From Phoronis australis (lineage: Eukaryota; Animalia; Phoronida), in NCBI GenBank assembly GCA_002633005.1, contig NMRA01000362.1, positions 310,001 to 374,000 on the forward strand: 64,000 nucleotides of DNA, in the 5' to 3' direction. The notes under the pieces were generated by a model. That model searched no databases. It had not been told where the DNA came from and worked only from the letters and a program-made list of their open reading frames with translations. Each line of letters starts with the position of its first letter. Position 1 is the stretch's first letter. The translations under genes and the position numbers were made by a program. Shown here one piece after another: positions 13,062 to 24,071 of the stretch.

Positions 13062-16000
13062 CCGCCTTGCATTTCAAGCGAAGCACTTGATCACGTTAGC
13101 TTAATTTGCTCACGAATGTCTTGTGTGTACGGTATGCGCCCCCACTCCCATACTCAGATTCATAAATAGCGTGAATGGAACGAGACACGAGGATCATTCT
13201 CGAAATATTTGTTTATTGACTATTTGAACTTCCTTGAAAACACGACTACACTTTTTTGTTCCAAAAGCTTGATACTGAGTCGCTCGTAGTGTCGGAAACA
13301 ATCTCCTTTCTTCAAGTGTGCAGCTATAGAGCTTTCAAACAAAAAGTTTAGTCTTGTTTTCAACGAAGTTTGTGTTAACGAAGGGCTGCTACTGAACTAT
13401 ACTGATCGACTACATGATATATGTTACAAACTCTTTGATATCTTCATTTTTTTTAATTATAATACATACCATATCTTGCTTATGATAATCGTATCGTTGT
13501 CATGCAAACAGTGGTTTGTGTGTTTGCTGAAATTTATTAATAAATTTGAGACGAGCCTTATAGTTCAATGGAAGTCACTGGGCAGTCATGACCGGTGTAG
13601 GGATCGTTGGGGGACAGAGTGGGCCGCATGAAAAGCACCCCGTTGTCTGTTTCGTAAGGGGAAGTATGGGAGGAGGTTGGGGACTTCCAATAAAATTTTT
13701 GGCTGAGGATGGCCTCAAGAGACTCATTTCGAGGTTTTTTCTTACATTACCTGTCGTTACATTTTTAATGTTCTGCAAAAGCACCTGTAACTTCCTTATA
13801 GTTACAGGTTGCCGAGGAGAGCAATGCACGTGGTTTGGGGGAAGGACAGAAGCTCCAAAAACAAATGCCTACGTCATAGAAATATACTCATGAAATTTAA
13901 GTCCGGCCGGTGTCATAAAAACTCGGGAGAGGATCAGCAGAAAGACCTACACATAGGCCACCAATGTCCGCTAGCCGCTTTAAAAAATAATGTAAACGCA
14001 CGAAAACTGGCATTTTTCACTCTGTGTTTTGTCATTTGGGTCGTTGCAATTTCGACGTCTGCATTAGATGAAGCTGATTAAGCGAAACGAGGTAGAACGG
14101 TCTCCAATGTCAAGCGCTTTACAGTTTCGAAACCGCCTCTAGTGAATTTATATGAGGGCACAGTAGTAGGAAATCCCAGTACAAACTTATACACTGTGAG
14201 TTGTTGTTACCTGGCAAGACGGTTGATGGCTTGACAATAATGAGAAGTTTAGTATTAGATTTCTCTTTGTGTTTTATATGGAATGCCAATAGCATGACGT
14301 AGCAACTCCGTTAAACGCGTTCGTCGCTCTGTGACGATTCAGTTGGACGTTTTACTCGTAGGTGACACCATTGGAGTCCGCTTATAATCAAGTGTTAGTT
14401 GGATGAATACGGACACACTAAAATCGTGGAGTGTAAATGTTAAAAGTTGTATTCGCGCATGGAATTGTTTTCTTTGGTTTGGATTTGCCGGGATGTCGGA
14501 AGTAAAGGAATCTTGTCTGTTTATACAGAGACAAATGACTGTGCTACACAGGGCTAACATGAAAGCATAAAATGCCACCCGCTGGCACAGAAAAGTGACG
14601 TCACTGGTTCAGTGAATCCCCCGTCGCTAAAATCATAGATTCACCCTTGAATTCTAATTGGACGTGAACGTGATACATTAGGCTACTGAATGTCTTGTCA
14701 GATGCTGCGTCCCAATGTATAAGGCGAATATTCTCTTGTGTCCTAAACACACTATCTTACTCGTTCAACTCGAGTTACTTGTAGCCGTCAACATGGTTTC
14801 AGACGCGATCACCTGAATTGTCCATAGCTTTTTACTACTGTGTGCGTTGGTTAAATTGAAGAAATCCCACGGTATAATAGTAATAAATAGACTGTGTTCT
14901 CTGTTGTTCGAAAACAATTAAATAATAAACCACCAAGAACGGTAAAGTCCATTTCACCTGTAAGTAGGTTGGGGTCGATGTCTACCGGATCTACAGAAAT
15001 CTTCCCTCTCTCACCTGCAGCTTACGCGAAAATATGAGATTTTCAGGAATAGACACGCGCGCCAGTTAAGGTTTGAAATGTCTAGAATAGCCAAGTATGA
15101 GAGATAAACGGTGTTTCCATGCAAAGCACCCCTAAAAAGAACAAATCGGATATTTTTATGCCTCCCAAACCCTCTCAAAGTAACTGTTCACGGTCTTTAT
15201 CTATACTTAGGGGGCTTTTGCCACCTAACCCCCACTTCCTACGATTCTAGAAAATTTATTGTGACAGCCCTGGAAAAGATCACGTGGTTTACATGACGCA
15301 AGTGCCACCGATTTTGTCATCTCCCTCTTTCTTTGGTGACACAAATATGACCTGGACTACTATAATGAGCGTCCAAGGCACACACTATGCTCTCTGTTAA
15401 ATTTCAACCGTTTTGATCATTTCTTCCAAAAGAATTGGTTAAATTTTAGTTTTGAAACAAGGTAGGCAATTGAAATGTTTAATTTTCTAATTGAAGGCAC
15501 GCACTTCCTGTCTTCTCGCTTCCTATTCCTTAGGCAGTGCTCGCAAGATTTAGATATTCAATAGGTAAATATCTGCTTTACCCCACGCTTTCCTACGTAA
15601 AATGACTGAACGCTGTAGAGCCTATGATCGAATATTGGTACTATCACGTGACTCTAAGTTGAAAACTCGTCACAAAATCTGCCAAATTGGTAAGTGTGAC
15701 CAACGCTTTGGACTCGTCAATCAACTCTTTGGGGGAGGGGCTTGGGCTACCTCGATCAACAGGATTCACCTGATGGCGCAATGAAGCGTTTTAGCTTTTA
15801 TCTCTCATGGAAGTTCCAATAGGCCCGCCCTGAAATAGCGCAACACCACCCTCATTCTAAAATGTGTCAATTAGCACTTACCCTGCTTTTTACTTGCAAC
15901 TGCATGGTCAAATCACTAACTCGTAATGTACTGCCGGGAATTATTGAGTCATTTATCTACGTCATACAGGCATATTTGCCTTATACTATTTTGAGTTGCA

Positions 16001-17681
16001 ATTCTGACGCCAATAAACTGGCTAAAAAGCAAATATCAGTGCTGGATGTGCAATGTAATGTTCTTCCTTTGCCTGACATTTTGAAAACTAGGTTAGTAAT
16101 GCAATGGGTGTTACCTCCCGATAGAGGAGAGTTCAATCCAGGGCGGAGATATCCCTCTGAATAGCATTAAGTGACAGAAATAGTTTAAATTAAAACACCG
16201 AAAACCGGGGCTGATATTGCAGACGCAAGAAACTCGCGAAAAGCTGATGTGATCACGTGCTTTGCTTGTAATGCGTTACATTATTTCTCGAATTCTTGTG
16301 TTATATTTTGTCCTCGAGTGGTTCTCGAATCAATCGTTTGATGTCTTTTAAATCGAATATAACTTACCCCAGTCGTAGCCGTTGCTGTCGAACGAACAAG
16401 CGCCGTTTGATTTACCGACAAGCACGCCGAAAAGAAGCACAATTGTTGTTGCTTTTACAAGTAGCCCAGACATCGCGGCGCGTTCAGTTGTCAGTCACAA
16501 AATGGCTCCACGTGTGACTTGCATCTAGTTTTGACGACTTGAGTCTGGTTAATTTGTGGCTGTTCGCCAATTGCGATTGTCGTAATTATTTCCAAATCAA
16601 GATTAATCAAAAATTTCATTTCGTATGTTAGCACTTAGTGACTGACTGAAAATGCACCGGTTTGTTGACTGTTATCTAGCGGGTAGATCATAGTCACAGG
16701 AAAATAATAGCCAAGCGTGATGGCATTGATTGCCTTGTTGGTTTGCTATGCACCTCAGGTGGTGTTTTAAGTTGAAACGAAACGTGTGTACCACGGTACA
16801 TTGTAATGTCGGTGCTTTAATTCTTTTCAGCAATAAAAGAGGCCGCTAACCAGAACTAATCAAAATACTAATTATCGTCTGCTATCACCAAATGTAGATG
16901 AGTAGGAATAATTTCCGAGGTCAGCCCTTGTGGCTGGCAGCTATTATGAGAGCAAAATTCACCAAGTATAGTGAACGAGTCGGTCGTTAGGACGTTATGA
17001 ACATGGACTACTTTGGGTGCCACGGAACAATACACTTTTCTTTCCTCAGGTCTCTGTCTACAGAGAACCTAACTTTACAGCTCAACATAATATATGACTT
17101 TTGTTGTTTTAGGTATGCATAAACGTGTCATTTTCTTCTTAAACCTTTAGGCTTATAGGTAAAAAAACTAAGAGTTCAACAGGTGCAAAATAGGTGATTT
17201 TTGTATCAGAGCCACACCATGATCACATACACAAAGTTTAAGCTGAATCTGGGAGATGACCCTAAGAGTGATTTTTTATTTGTTTGGATTTTCTTGTGGA
17301 ATGGCTCTTAAGCCATGTTCTTGTATCAAAAACATTTTTTCTGGCATACATGCCAGGTTTCCATTGGCGAATGCTTGAATTAAAAGTGGTTTCAGTACAG
17401 CGTCTTAAATTTCCAGAGCAACAATACTGCTCCAACAGCTAAAATTGGCCCAAGTCAAAGTCGTTCAACTATGACAACTAATGTGTATATGCGCCACTAT
17501 AAGTTATAAAATTGCTTTCAAATTCCCAATTTAAGTCTAATTATTTTGGAGGCATGCGATCAAAAGGAGATTGGGCATGTGATTCCATGCTGAAAGAGCA
17601 TCAATTGAAAGTACATGTAATTTAGACTAGACTCATGAGTCAAACTGAAAAGAATTCTAAACAAATATTTCAAACAGGTCT

Positions 17682-17820
17682 GCCTCCCCTTCAGTAACGC
17701 TAGGACCTCGCTAAAACGTAAGACTTGTGAGATTACGTGAGATATTGCCGTGTATTTTAGATGAGATCACGTAACTTTGGCTAGATTTTAGATAGGTCCT
17801 AGCGTTACTGAACGCACGCC
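17682..17820. mobile_element. MITE family A copy
   Basis: TTCAGTAACGCTAGGACCT ... AGGTCCTAGCGTTACTGAA inverted termini; homologous to 6176-6310. Confidence 0.75.
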
Positions 17821-18065
17821 TTGTGTGAAGGAATAGCTAGCTGACGCATCCGCTCATGTTTTGAAATCGCTTATAGTCTACGTAAGGACACAATTGGGAC
17901 AATCATATGTGATAAGTAACCCGAAAAAAGAATAAAGTTTGAATGTGTGGGTTTATTAAATTTTCCATTACTCACATTTTTACATGTACTTAAGGCAGGG
18001 TTGATCAGCTACTTGTGACTAATCTGTTTTTAGTCGTGGCAACCATCACGACGTCATGGTTTACA

Positions 18066-21000
18066 TTATAAAATCCCAAGTTCCATTGCATCTTCAACTA
18101 AACCTATGAAGTTCTCGCTTATCTTCATCTCGGATTCAGATAATCCCTCTTCCTCCTGTTTCCTCTTCGCTTCGTTTATCATCTCTTCGTGTTTCTTGAA
18201 CATTTCTTCTTCGGTAGTAATATCGCTCCTTAATTTGTCAAACATTTCATAATCTTCTGTCTTCGCTTGGAAGAAGGGAATTACCATGCTTGCAAAGATG
18301 ATACCCAACATTGCTGTCTTCTTGAACAGACTTTTGACGACATCTAGCGTGAACTCGGGGAACTCAAACTTGACGTAACGGAGTGTATTAACGAAGGTCG
18401 TATGGTAGAGCTCTAGAAGATCTTGAAGATGGGCTTTGCGCAAGCTTCTTGAAGTATTCAGAAATAAAAAGTAACCTAAGTCAGTAGTAGGGAGTGCGTA
18501 TCGGACAATTTGGTGATCAAGAAGAGTTATTGCAACAGGCTTCTGAACTCCGTCACAATCCGCGTAGCGAAACAGCATGTTATTACACCAACTGTCGCCA
18601 TGACAAATAAGAGCAAATGGTTCCTCAGGTTGGATTGCTTTTCTTATTTCCTCCAAAGGCTCTTCGATCTCCAACAATTTCCTGGCTCGTTTTTTTATTT
18701 CCGTAGAAGACAACGGTGACTTTTCAATCAACGACACCATGCCTTCCACGCTATCTTTCAACATCTTTTTCAACCACATGTCAGCAGAGGTACCAAACTG
18801 CGCCTCGTGAAATGCAAATTCGAATTCGTTTCGCAGCTTCTCCACGTCCCTGTTCTTCAATGCCAACGTCAAAGCGTGCCACGTGGCTAGCTCTTTCATA
18901 ACTAATCTACAATGGTCAAGATCAGCCCCGTCGCGTTTTTCGATCATTAAAAATCCCTTTGGTCTTAAGTCTTCAACTATGACTATGCCGGCAACGTTGG
19001 CGGCATCTTCGTGGCCATAGTAGAATTTTGGCGCAGACGGGACTACGGGCTCGATCCCTAGATCTTCTTGCATCTTAAGTAACGCTGGAAATAGCTTCGA
19101 ATATGCACTGATCTCTTTGTTGAATAATCGACCTTCCAACACGTAGGAGCTCATGATCTCTTTCGGTTGCGTTGTCTTCACAATAAGGTTATGTTCTTCT
19201 TCCACGTCATCGTGCAGCGCCGTGACCTTGACCCGAAGCACATAGGTTGCCATGTTGTCACCTGAAATAAATTGTAATTTTAAGTAAATTTCCACCTTAA
19301 ACGGCGAACGCACTTTTTGGTCAGTTCGATGGTGCGTTCCGAAGAGCACGTTTCTCCCGAGTAGAACGACATCACGCCTGTGCGGTCGTGTCGCAGCTTC
19401 TCCACCCCCCTGTTTTTCAATGTCAGCGCCAAAGCGTGCCACGTGGCCAGCTCTTTACTTTCATTATTAATCTGAAATGATCGAGATCAGCCCCGCTGCG
19501 TTTTTCGATCATTTGAACTTCAGCTTCAACTATCTCAATGATAATATTGGAAGACAAGTGACCTAGAATCTGTAAAGCAGGGGCAGATCCAGGATTTTGA
19601 GTTCAACAGGCCAGGGCTCAGTATTAGCCAGGATTTTGCGCGTCATACATCCGCACTCCCGAACTGCCAAATGGAATCTGTAAGAATTTTAGTGGGGTCT
19701 TGCCNCCTCCACTAAATCCGCCACTGTAAAGAACTCGTTTTTGTAATTCAGCTTGATTGTTCGGAAGTTAAACTGAAAAAAACATATTTGTTAGTGTAAA
19801 GTAAGCAGAGTTTGAGAAAAACGAGGAAATTTGTAAAGAAAGAAGAAATATCCCTTCGGTTTTGATTGAGGTCACTTGCCGTTGCTCAGATTAAAAGTGG
19901 GGTTAGAGAAAAACTGGCAATTTGTCGAATGTTCGAGAGCATGATCAATTAGTTGGCGAGAGGCAGTTGATCATTCTATGGCTAGAATGTTGAATTTTGG
20001 AGTTTCGTGATGTTCGCGAAGATGTTCGCAGCAAAAAGTGTATAGTGTTTTGCGTTACCGAAGGTATCTCTACATTATGTTTCTCCGTTTTTCAGAAACT
20101 ATGATTTGACTCGGCTTTAGCTCAATTTTCTGTTGGGCATTTTGATTGTTCAGTGGAACTGAATGCAGCAACAAGGTGCGTGCCTTTTCTTGGGTCATTT
20201 ACTTCGATTCACTAATGTTACATAGTGTTATAAAATGTGTGCACGTGGAATAAAAACCACTATAAAAATCTGTGTACGAAGATAACACAGATTGCATTGT
20301 TTCACCTTTCAAAGTTTGTGTTGCTACTTTGATGACATAGGAATGTCAAAAATAAATTGTAAGTTTTTTACTTATCATGCAAGTACGTTCCAAAATGTAG
20401 CTGTTTTTCGTGGGCAAACCACACTTCCGTTGATAGTATAAATGAACGTACAAAACGAGGCTAGAGTTCAGTAGCTGTCACGCGACTAGAAAACTCTAGC
20501 CAATATCACGTTTTCCCATTTAAAGTACAAGGCAATATCTCGCGTAATATCGCGAAGTCTTGCATTTCTAGCGAGGTTTTAGCGGTTGTTGGACTCTACT
20601 AAGGTATTCCATGCACCTTGAAACCCATATCACACACGTACATGTATCAGTCTGTGAGATAATGAAATGCACCATGTTGCTAAATGACGTTAGTGTCGTT
20701 GGTGTAACTATCATGTGCTCAAATTAACACACATCTCTTGATGACGTCACATCTCCTCCAAATCATAGCAAATGTCTGTTTTCTTACAACGAACTCTGAT
20801 ATTCACATTTTAAAAACTGCGATTGGGCGCGCATTTGTGATCCACAGGTTTCCACTCTACGTGAGCTGTGTTACCCCAATTTCACTGATAATAGCTCAAC
20901 TCTATTGGAAGACACGTTACCCAGAATCGCTAAAGGACTCGTTTTTATGATCCAACCTGATTATTTGAAGACAAATTTAAAATAACACATATGATAGTGG

Positions 21001-21714
21001 AAGGTACGCAGAGTTTGAGAAAAACAAGGGAATTTGTGACCGGAATGAAATCTCTTTGGTTTTTGAGTCGATACCCTTTTCCTTACTTAGAATACAAGTG
21101 GGGTTGAATAAAACTGTCAATCTGTAATTTTCGACAGCAGGCTAGATTTGATGGCTAGAGGGGGTCGATCCCGATCATTCTGTGCACCGTGGATAGCCTC
21201 AATCCTTAACAAAATGCCTGTTATTTCAAATCTTGTCTTGTCTGAGCGAGATGAAAGGTCGAGCCAGTTTTACAACTGTAAGCAGTCTAAATTAAAAGAC
21301 AAGTTTTGTTGGGTAAAGGTTGGTTTGTGTGTTGATGTAAGCCGGTCGTTGCTTTGCGAAAGTGAAACAATGACGTCACTTGTGCTTGAAATGAATTCGA
21401 TTTCAATGCCATATCATATATGTATGTGCCTCTTTACTGAAACATGTGCATGTTGATGCTTGCACTGCAAACACAGCAAACACTACAAAACAATGGCCGA
21501 AATAATTTACCAACACGGCTGCTCTCGTGATTAATTAAATGTATGCTTGTAGGCTTTATGTCCTACCTAACTTAGACGCCCACTTTACTGAGAAATCCTT
21601 CACGGTAACATTTTCAGACCCCTCTGTCTTCTTTAAGGCTTTTTCAAGCAACTCTTTCGTTATCACGTCGGCCACATCGGAAAGTGCCCGCTCTTCTGAA
21701 ATGGGATCGGCCAT
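18066..21714 (-). CDS. Ecdysteroid kinase-like (EcKL/DUF227, choline/aminoglycoside kinase-like fold) protein, copy 1, ~447 aa
   Basis: Exon 1 21714-21567 (MADPISEERALSDVADVITKELLEKALKK...KWASKL, donor G|GTAGGA). Exon 2 19261-18066 (acceptor TTTATTTCAG|GT). Motifs GDNM, LIVK, LFNKEISAY, PKFYY, VEDLRPKGF, LATWHA, Brenner-type CHGDSWCNN and LLDHQ. AATAAA at 17957-17952. Confidence 0.93.
19391..19517 (-). pseudogene. Degenerate intronic copy of part of EcKL exon 2 (also ~25391-25545)
   Basis: TCGCAGCTTCTCCAC...AAAGCGTGCCACGTGG...GATCAGCCCCG..CGTTTTTCGATCATT matches 18831-18950 with indels. Confidence 0.85.
19578..19726. mobile_element. MITE family B (CAGGGGCAGATCCAGG...TAAATCCGCCACTG) with 5-bp TSD TAAAG
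   Basis: TAAAG directly flanks both ends, and an empty site lies at ~20931. Duplicated copy at 25601-25761. Confidence 0.85.
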
Positions 21715-21934
21715 CTGTTCTACTCAGTTGAACCAAAACGGTATGAGAGTGAATGAATGCATTACGGGTTAGTTAAAGAATTTATTGCTCGATGCGAGGG
21801 AGCAAAGTTGAGGAAATTTGATAGCAAAAGTAAATATGAAATGCTAAGTGGGGTCGCTCAAATTTTATCCGCTGTTAAAGATAACGATACACCTCGGACT
21901 GGTCAAAAGTCTCATTACAGTGAGCCCATGCATC

Positions 21935-23035
21935 CAGTGCCGGATTAAGACATAATAGGACCCCTAGCATGAGTCGAAGCACGGGGCTCTTACTCAAATG
22001 CTCGTGCAAATGTTAATTCAAAGTAAAGGCAAAACAGATGTAATTGTCACTTTTTGAAGAAAAGCGATTACGAAGGCTTCTACGCCTACTTAACAAAGTT
22101 TCAAAGCACACTTAGGGCCATCGCAAACGTTAGATGCAGGAGATTTGGCTGAGCTGTTTCAAGTGAACAGATCACGCCAAGACGTGCAAATAAGAAATCA
22201 ATTGAATGAATTGATTTGTGCAGTCGAATTAAGCCTTGAAATGAGCTGTGAGCTCAGCTATCGTTGTCTTGAGGCAGGCAGCTCAGCTCGCAGCTTATGG
22301 TCTACGGTGGTCCTTTTGTACGTATTCGTTCGGCTTACAATGTGCATTTTTGCACTTCGCACTTGCGAAATTGTCAGTTATAAATGAAACGTCAATTTCC
22401 CGTGAAAGGTCATGTTCAGTACTTTTCATTGCGAGGCTGTTCAATCATGTCTGTCCATGTTGCGTTTAAAGCTCGTTTTTGCTCCAAGTTTTGAACATGA
22501 TCGTTCGCCACTGACAGTTATTAGTAACAATGAGAGACAAGTGGATCATTAAGACGATTTCAACATTTAGGAAACAGGGCTCCAGGCAGTTTTCGGTTAT
22601 AAAGCGATACATTTCCATCATTCTGTACTGGATCTTGGTTGTTTTGGTTGCCAATATAACTACCTAAATAGGCTTACAACTGTTCACAAAACTGTACTTT
22701 GTCATCAACGAAACGTTCCTCCAAGACTTGATTGCAGTTTTGACGAGATTAGTTGAACCTTTTGTAAATTCGTCGTCTGTTAAATTTTGCAGCTTTCGAA
22801 GCTATCCAAATATATTCTGTAAACTTTCGTAGCCTTCTTGGCGTTTTGACAAAACAGCAAGAACGATATCAGTATCAACTAAGAATACAAGAATGGTTTT
22901 GAATCTCGCAGATGAAGTTTGGGGTTAGAGTTTAAAAAGTGGGTTGAGGTTGCGGGAACCAAAAAATTCACTGTAAACTCGGTTGTTTTCCGCCAGTATG
23001 CTCTTGGTTCCATCTCCCAGGAAAATCAATCAGAA
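21935..23035 (-). mobile_element. Degenerate hAT DNA transposon end with a transposase C-terminal dimerisation-domain remnant
   Basis: TIR-like CAGTGCCGGATTAAG at 21935. The broken minus-strand translation ...CFLNVEIVLMIHLSLIVTN..., ...KNEL..., ...EHDLSREIDVSFITDNFASAKC resembles the hAT dimerisation consensus (FPNV..ALRIYL...TNCSGERSFS.LK..KN.LR). Confidence 0.8.
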
Positions 23036-23270
23036 GCTTTTCCCGAATGAAGACGTGGAATTTACAATTAACCAAACCTCCAGAAAGGATTTTTGACAAC
23101 TTATCAAAATATTAGAGCTGATTTTAAAATTGCGTTTTGTTACTGGCAACTCGGCCCGTCTTGCATACCAGATCAAGCGAAAGTAATTCTGTCCTCTCCC
23201 AACCCTAAAAGTATACAGTATTTCCAAATCGCCCACAACCACTTAGTGACGGCCTACACTCCCCTCAACT

Positions 23271-23416
23271 CAGTGGCAGATTTAGAGGGGGCCATGTCCC
23301 CCCTAAAATTCTCCCAGATTCCATTTGACAGTTCGGGGGTGCGAATGTCTGGCTGGAAAAATCCTGGTTAATATCATGCCCTGGCCCCCTAACTCAAAAT
23401 CCTGGATCCGCCCCTA
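23271..23416. mobile_element. MITE family B, opposite orientation, 5-bp TSD CAACT
   Basis: CAACT|CAGTGGCAGATTTAG...GGATCCGCCCCTA|CAACT. Empty site at ~32450. Duplicated copy at 29275-29424. Confidence 0.85.
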
Positions 23417-24071
23417 CAACTTATAGGAAATTCTTATATATTACGTTATGTTAGAAGCTGACAATCAGTGACGCTCCTTCGAAAAGTAGGGGGTTTGGAA
23501 ATGTGCATCGTTATCATGGTAACCAGATATTTGGCAGCAATTTCAGGTTTGAGAGCAATTTGTGTTATAAGCTGACCATCTTACCCAGAGTGCATGTACA
23601 GGCTCTTTAGTGATACTTTATTTTGGGGCAGATCGGGCTCAAGATGGCCTAGTGATGGTCGTATTTTTAATTACATTGTTCCTACACTCTTTGGCCATAC
23701 CTTTTTAAATTTGGTATGTAAATAAACCTTGTCTCAGGCTATTTGTATTTGGGATTGGTTTGTTTCTATATCTTACATTTTTTAACTATTTGAGGTTTTC
23801 TGATTTGATGTCTTTTACGGACTGATTCCTCAATGTACTTTTAATGGTTTATCGTTTATTGGACGTCGGCATAACAGGAGTCGGCGTCGGGGTTGTTGAT
23901 TTTCTTTGTTTCGTCGTCGACATCACCTTTAGATTTTTATTCGATTTCGCCAAGTGACGCTACTCAGAGCGCTTTCATTGTATTGTTATTGGTCGTATCA
24001 CTCACATGTACGTGAAACAAGGCTGAACAGTTTCATCAGACTTGTGATGTTTCAAGACGTCCGGGTTTAAA

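Noticed and set aside
19262-19442. N-terminal extensions of the EcKL ORFs in the track (also 25262-25442, 31304-31337)
   Set aside because: Intronic. A strong acceptor precedes GDNM, and a conserved ATG-bearing exon lies 2.3-2.6 kb upstream.
21539-21772. Plus-strand ORFs conserved across the duplicates (also 27548-27781, 33715-34137, 18510-18901)
   Set aside because: Antisense shadows of EcKL exons.
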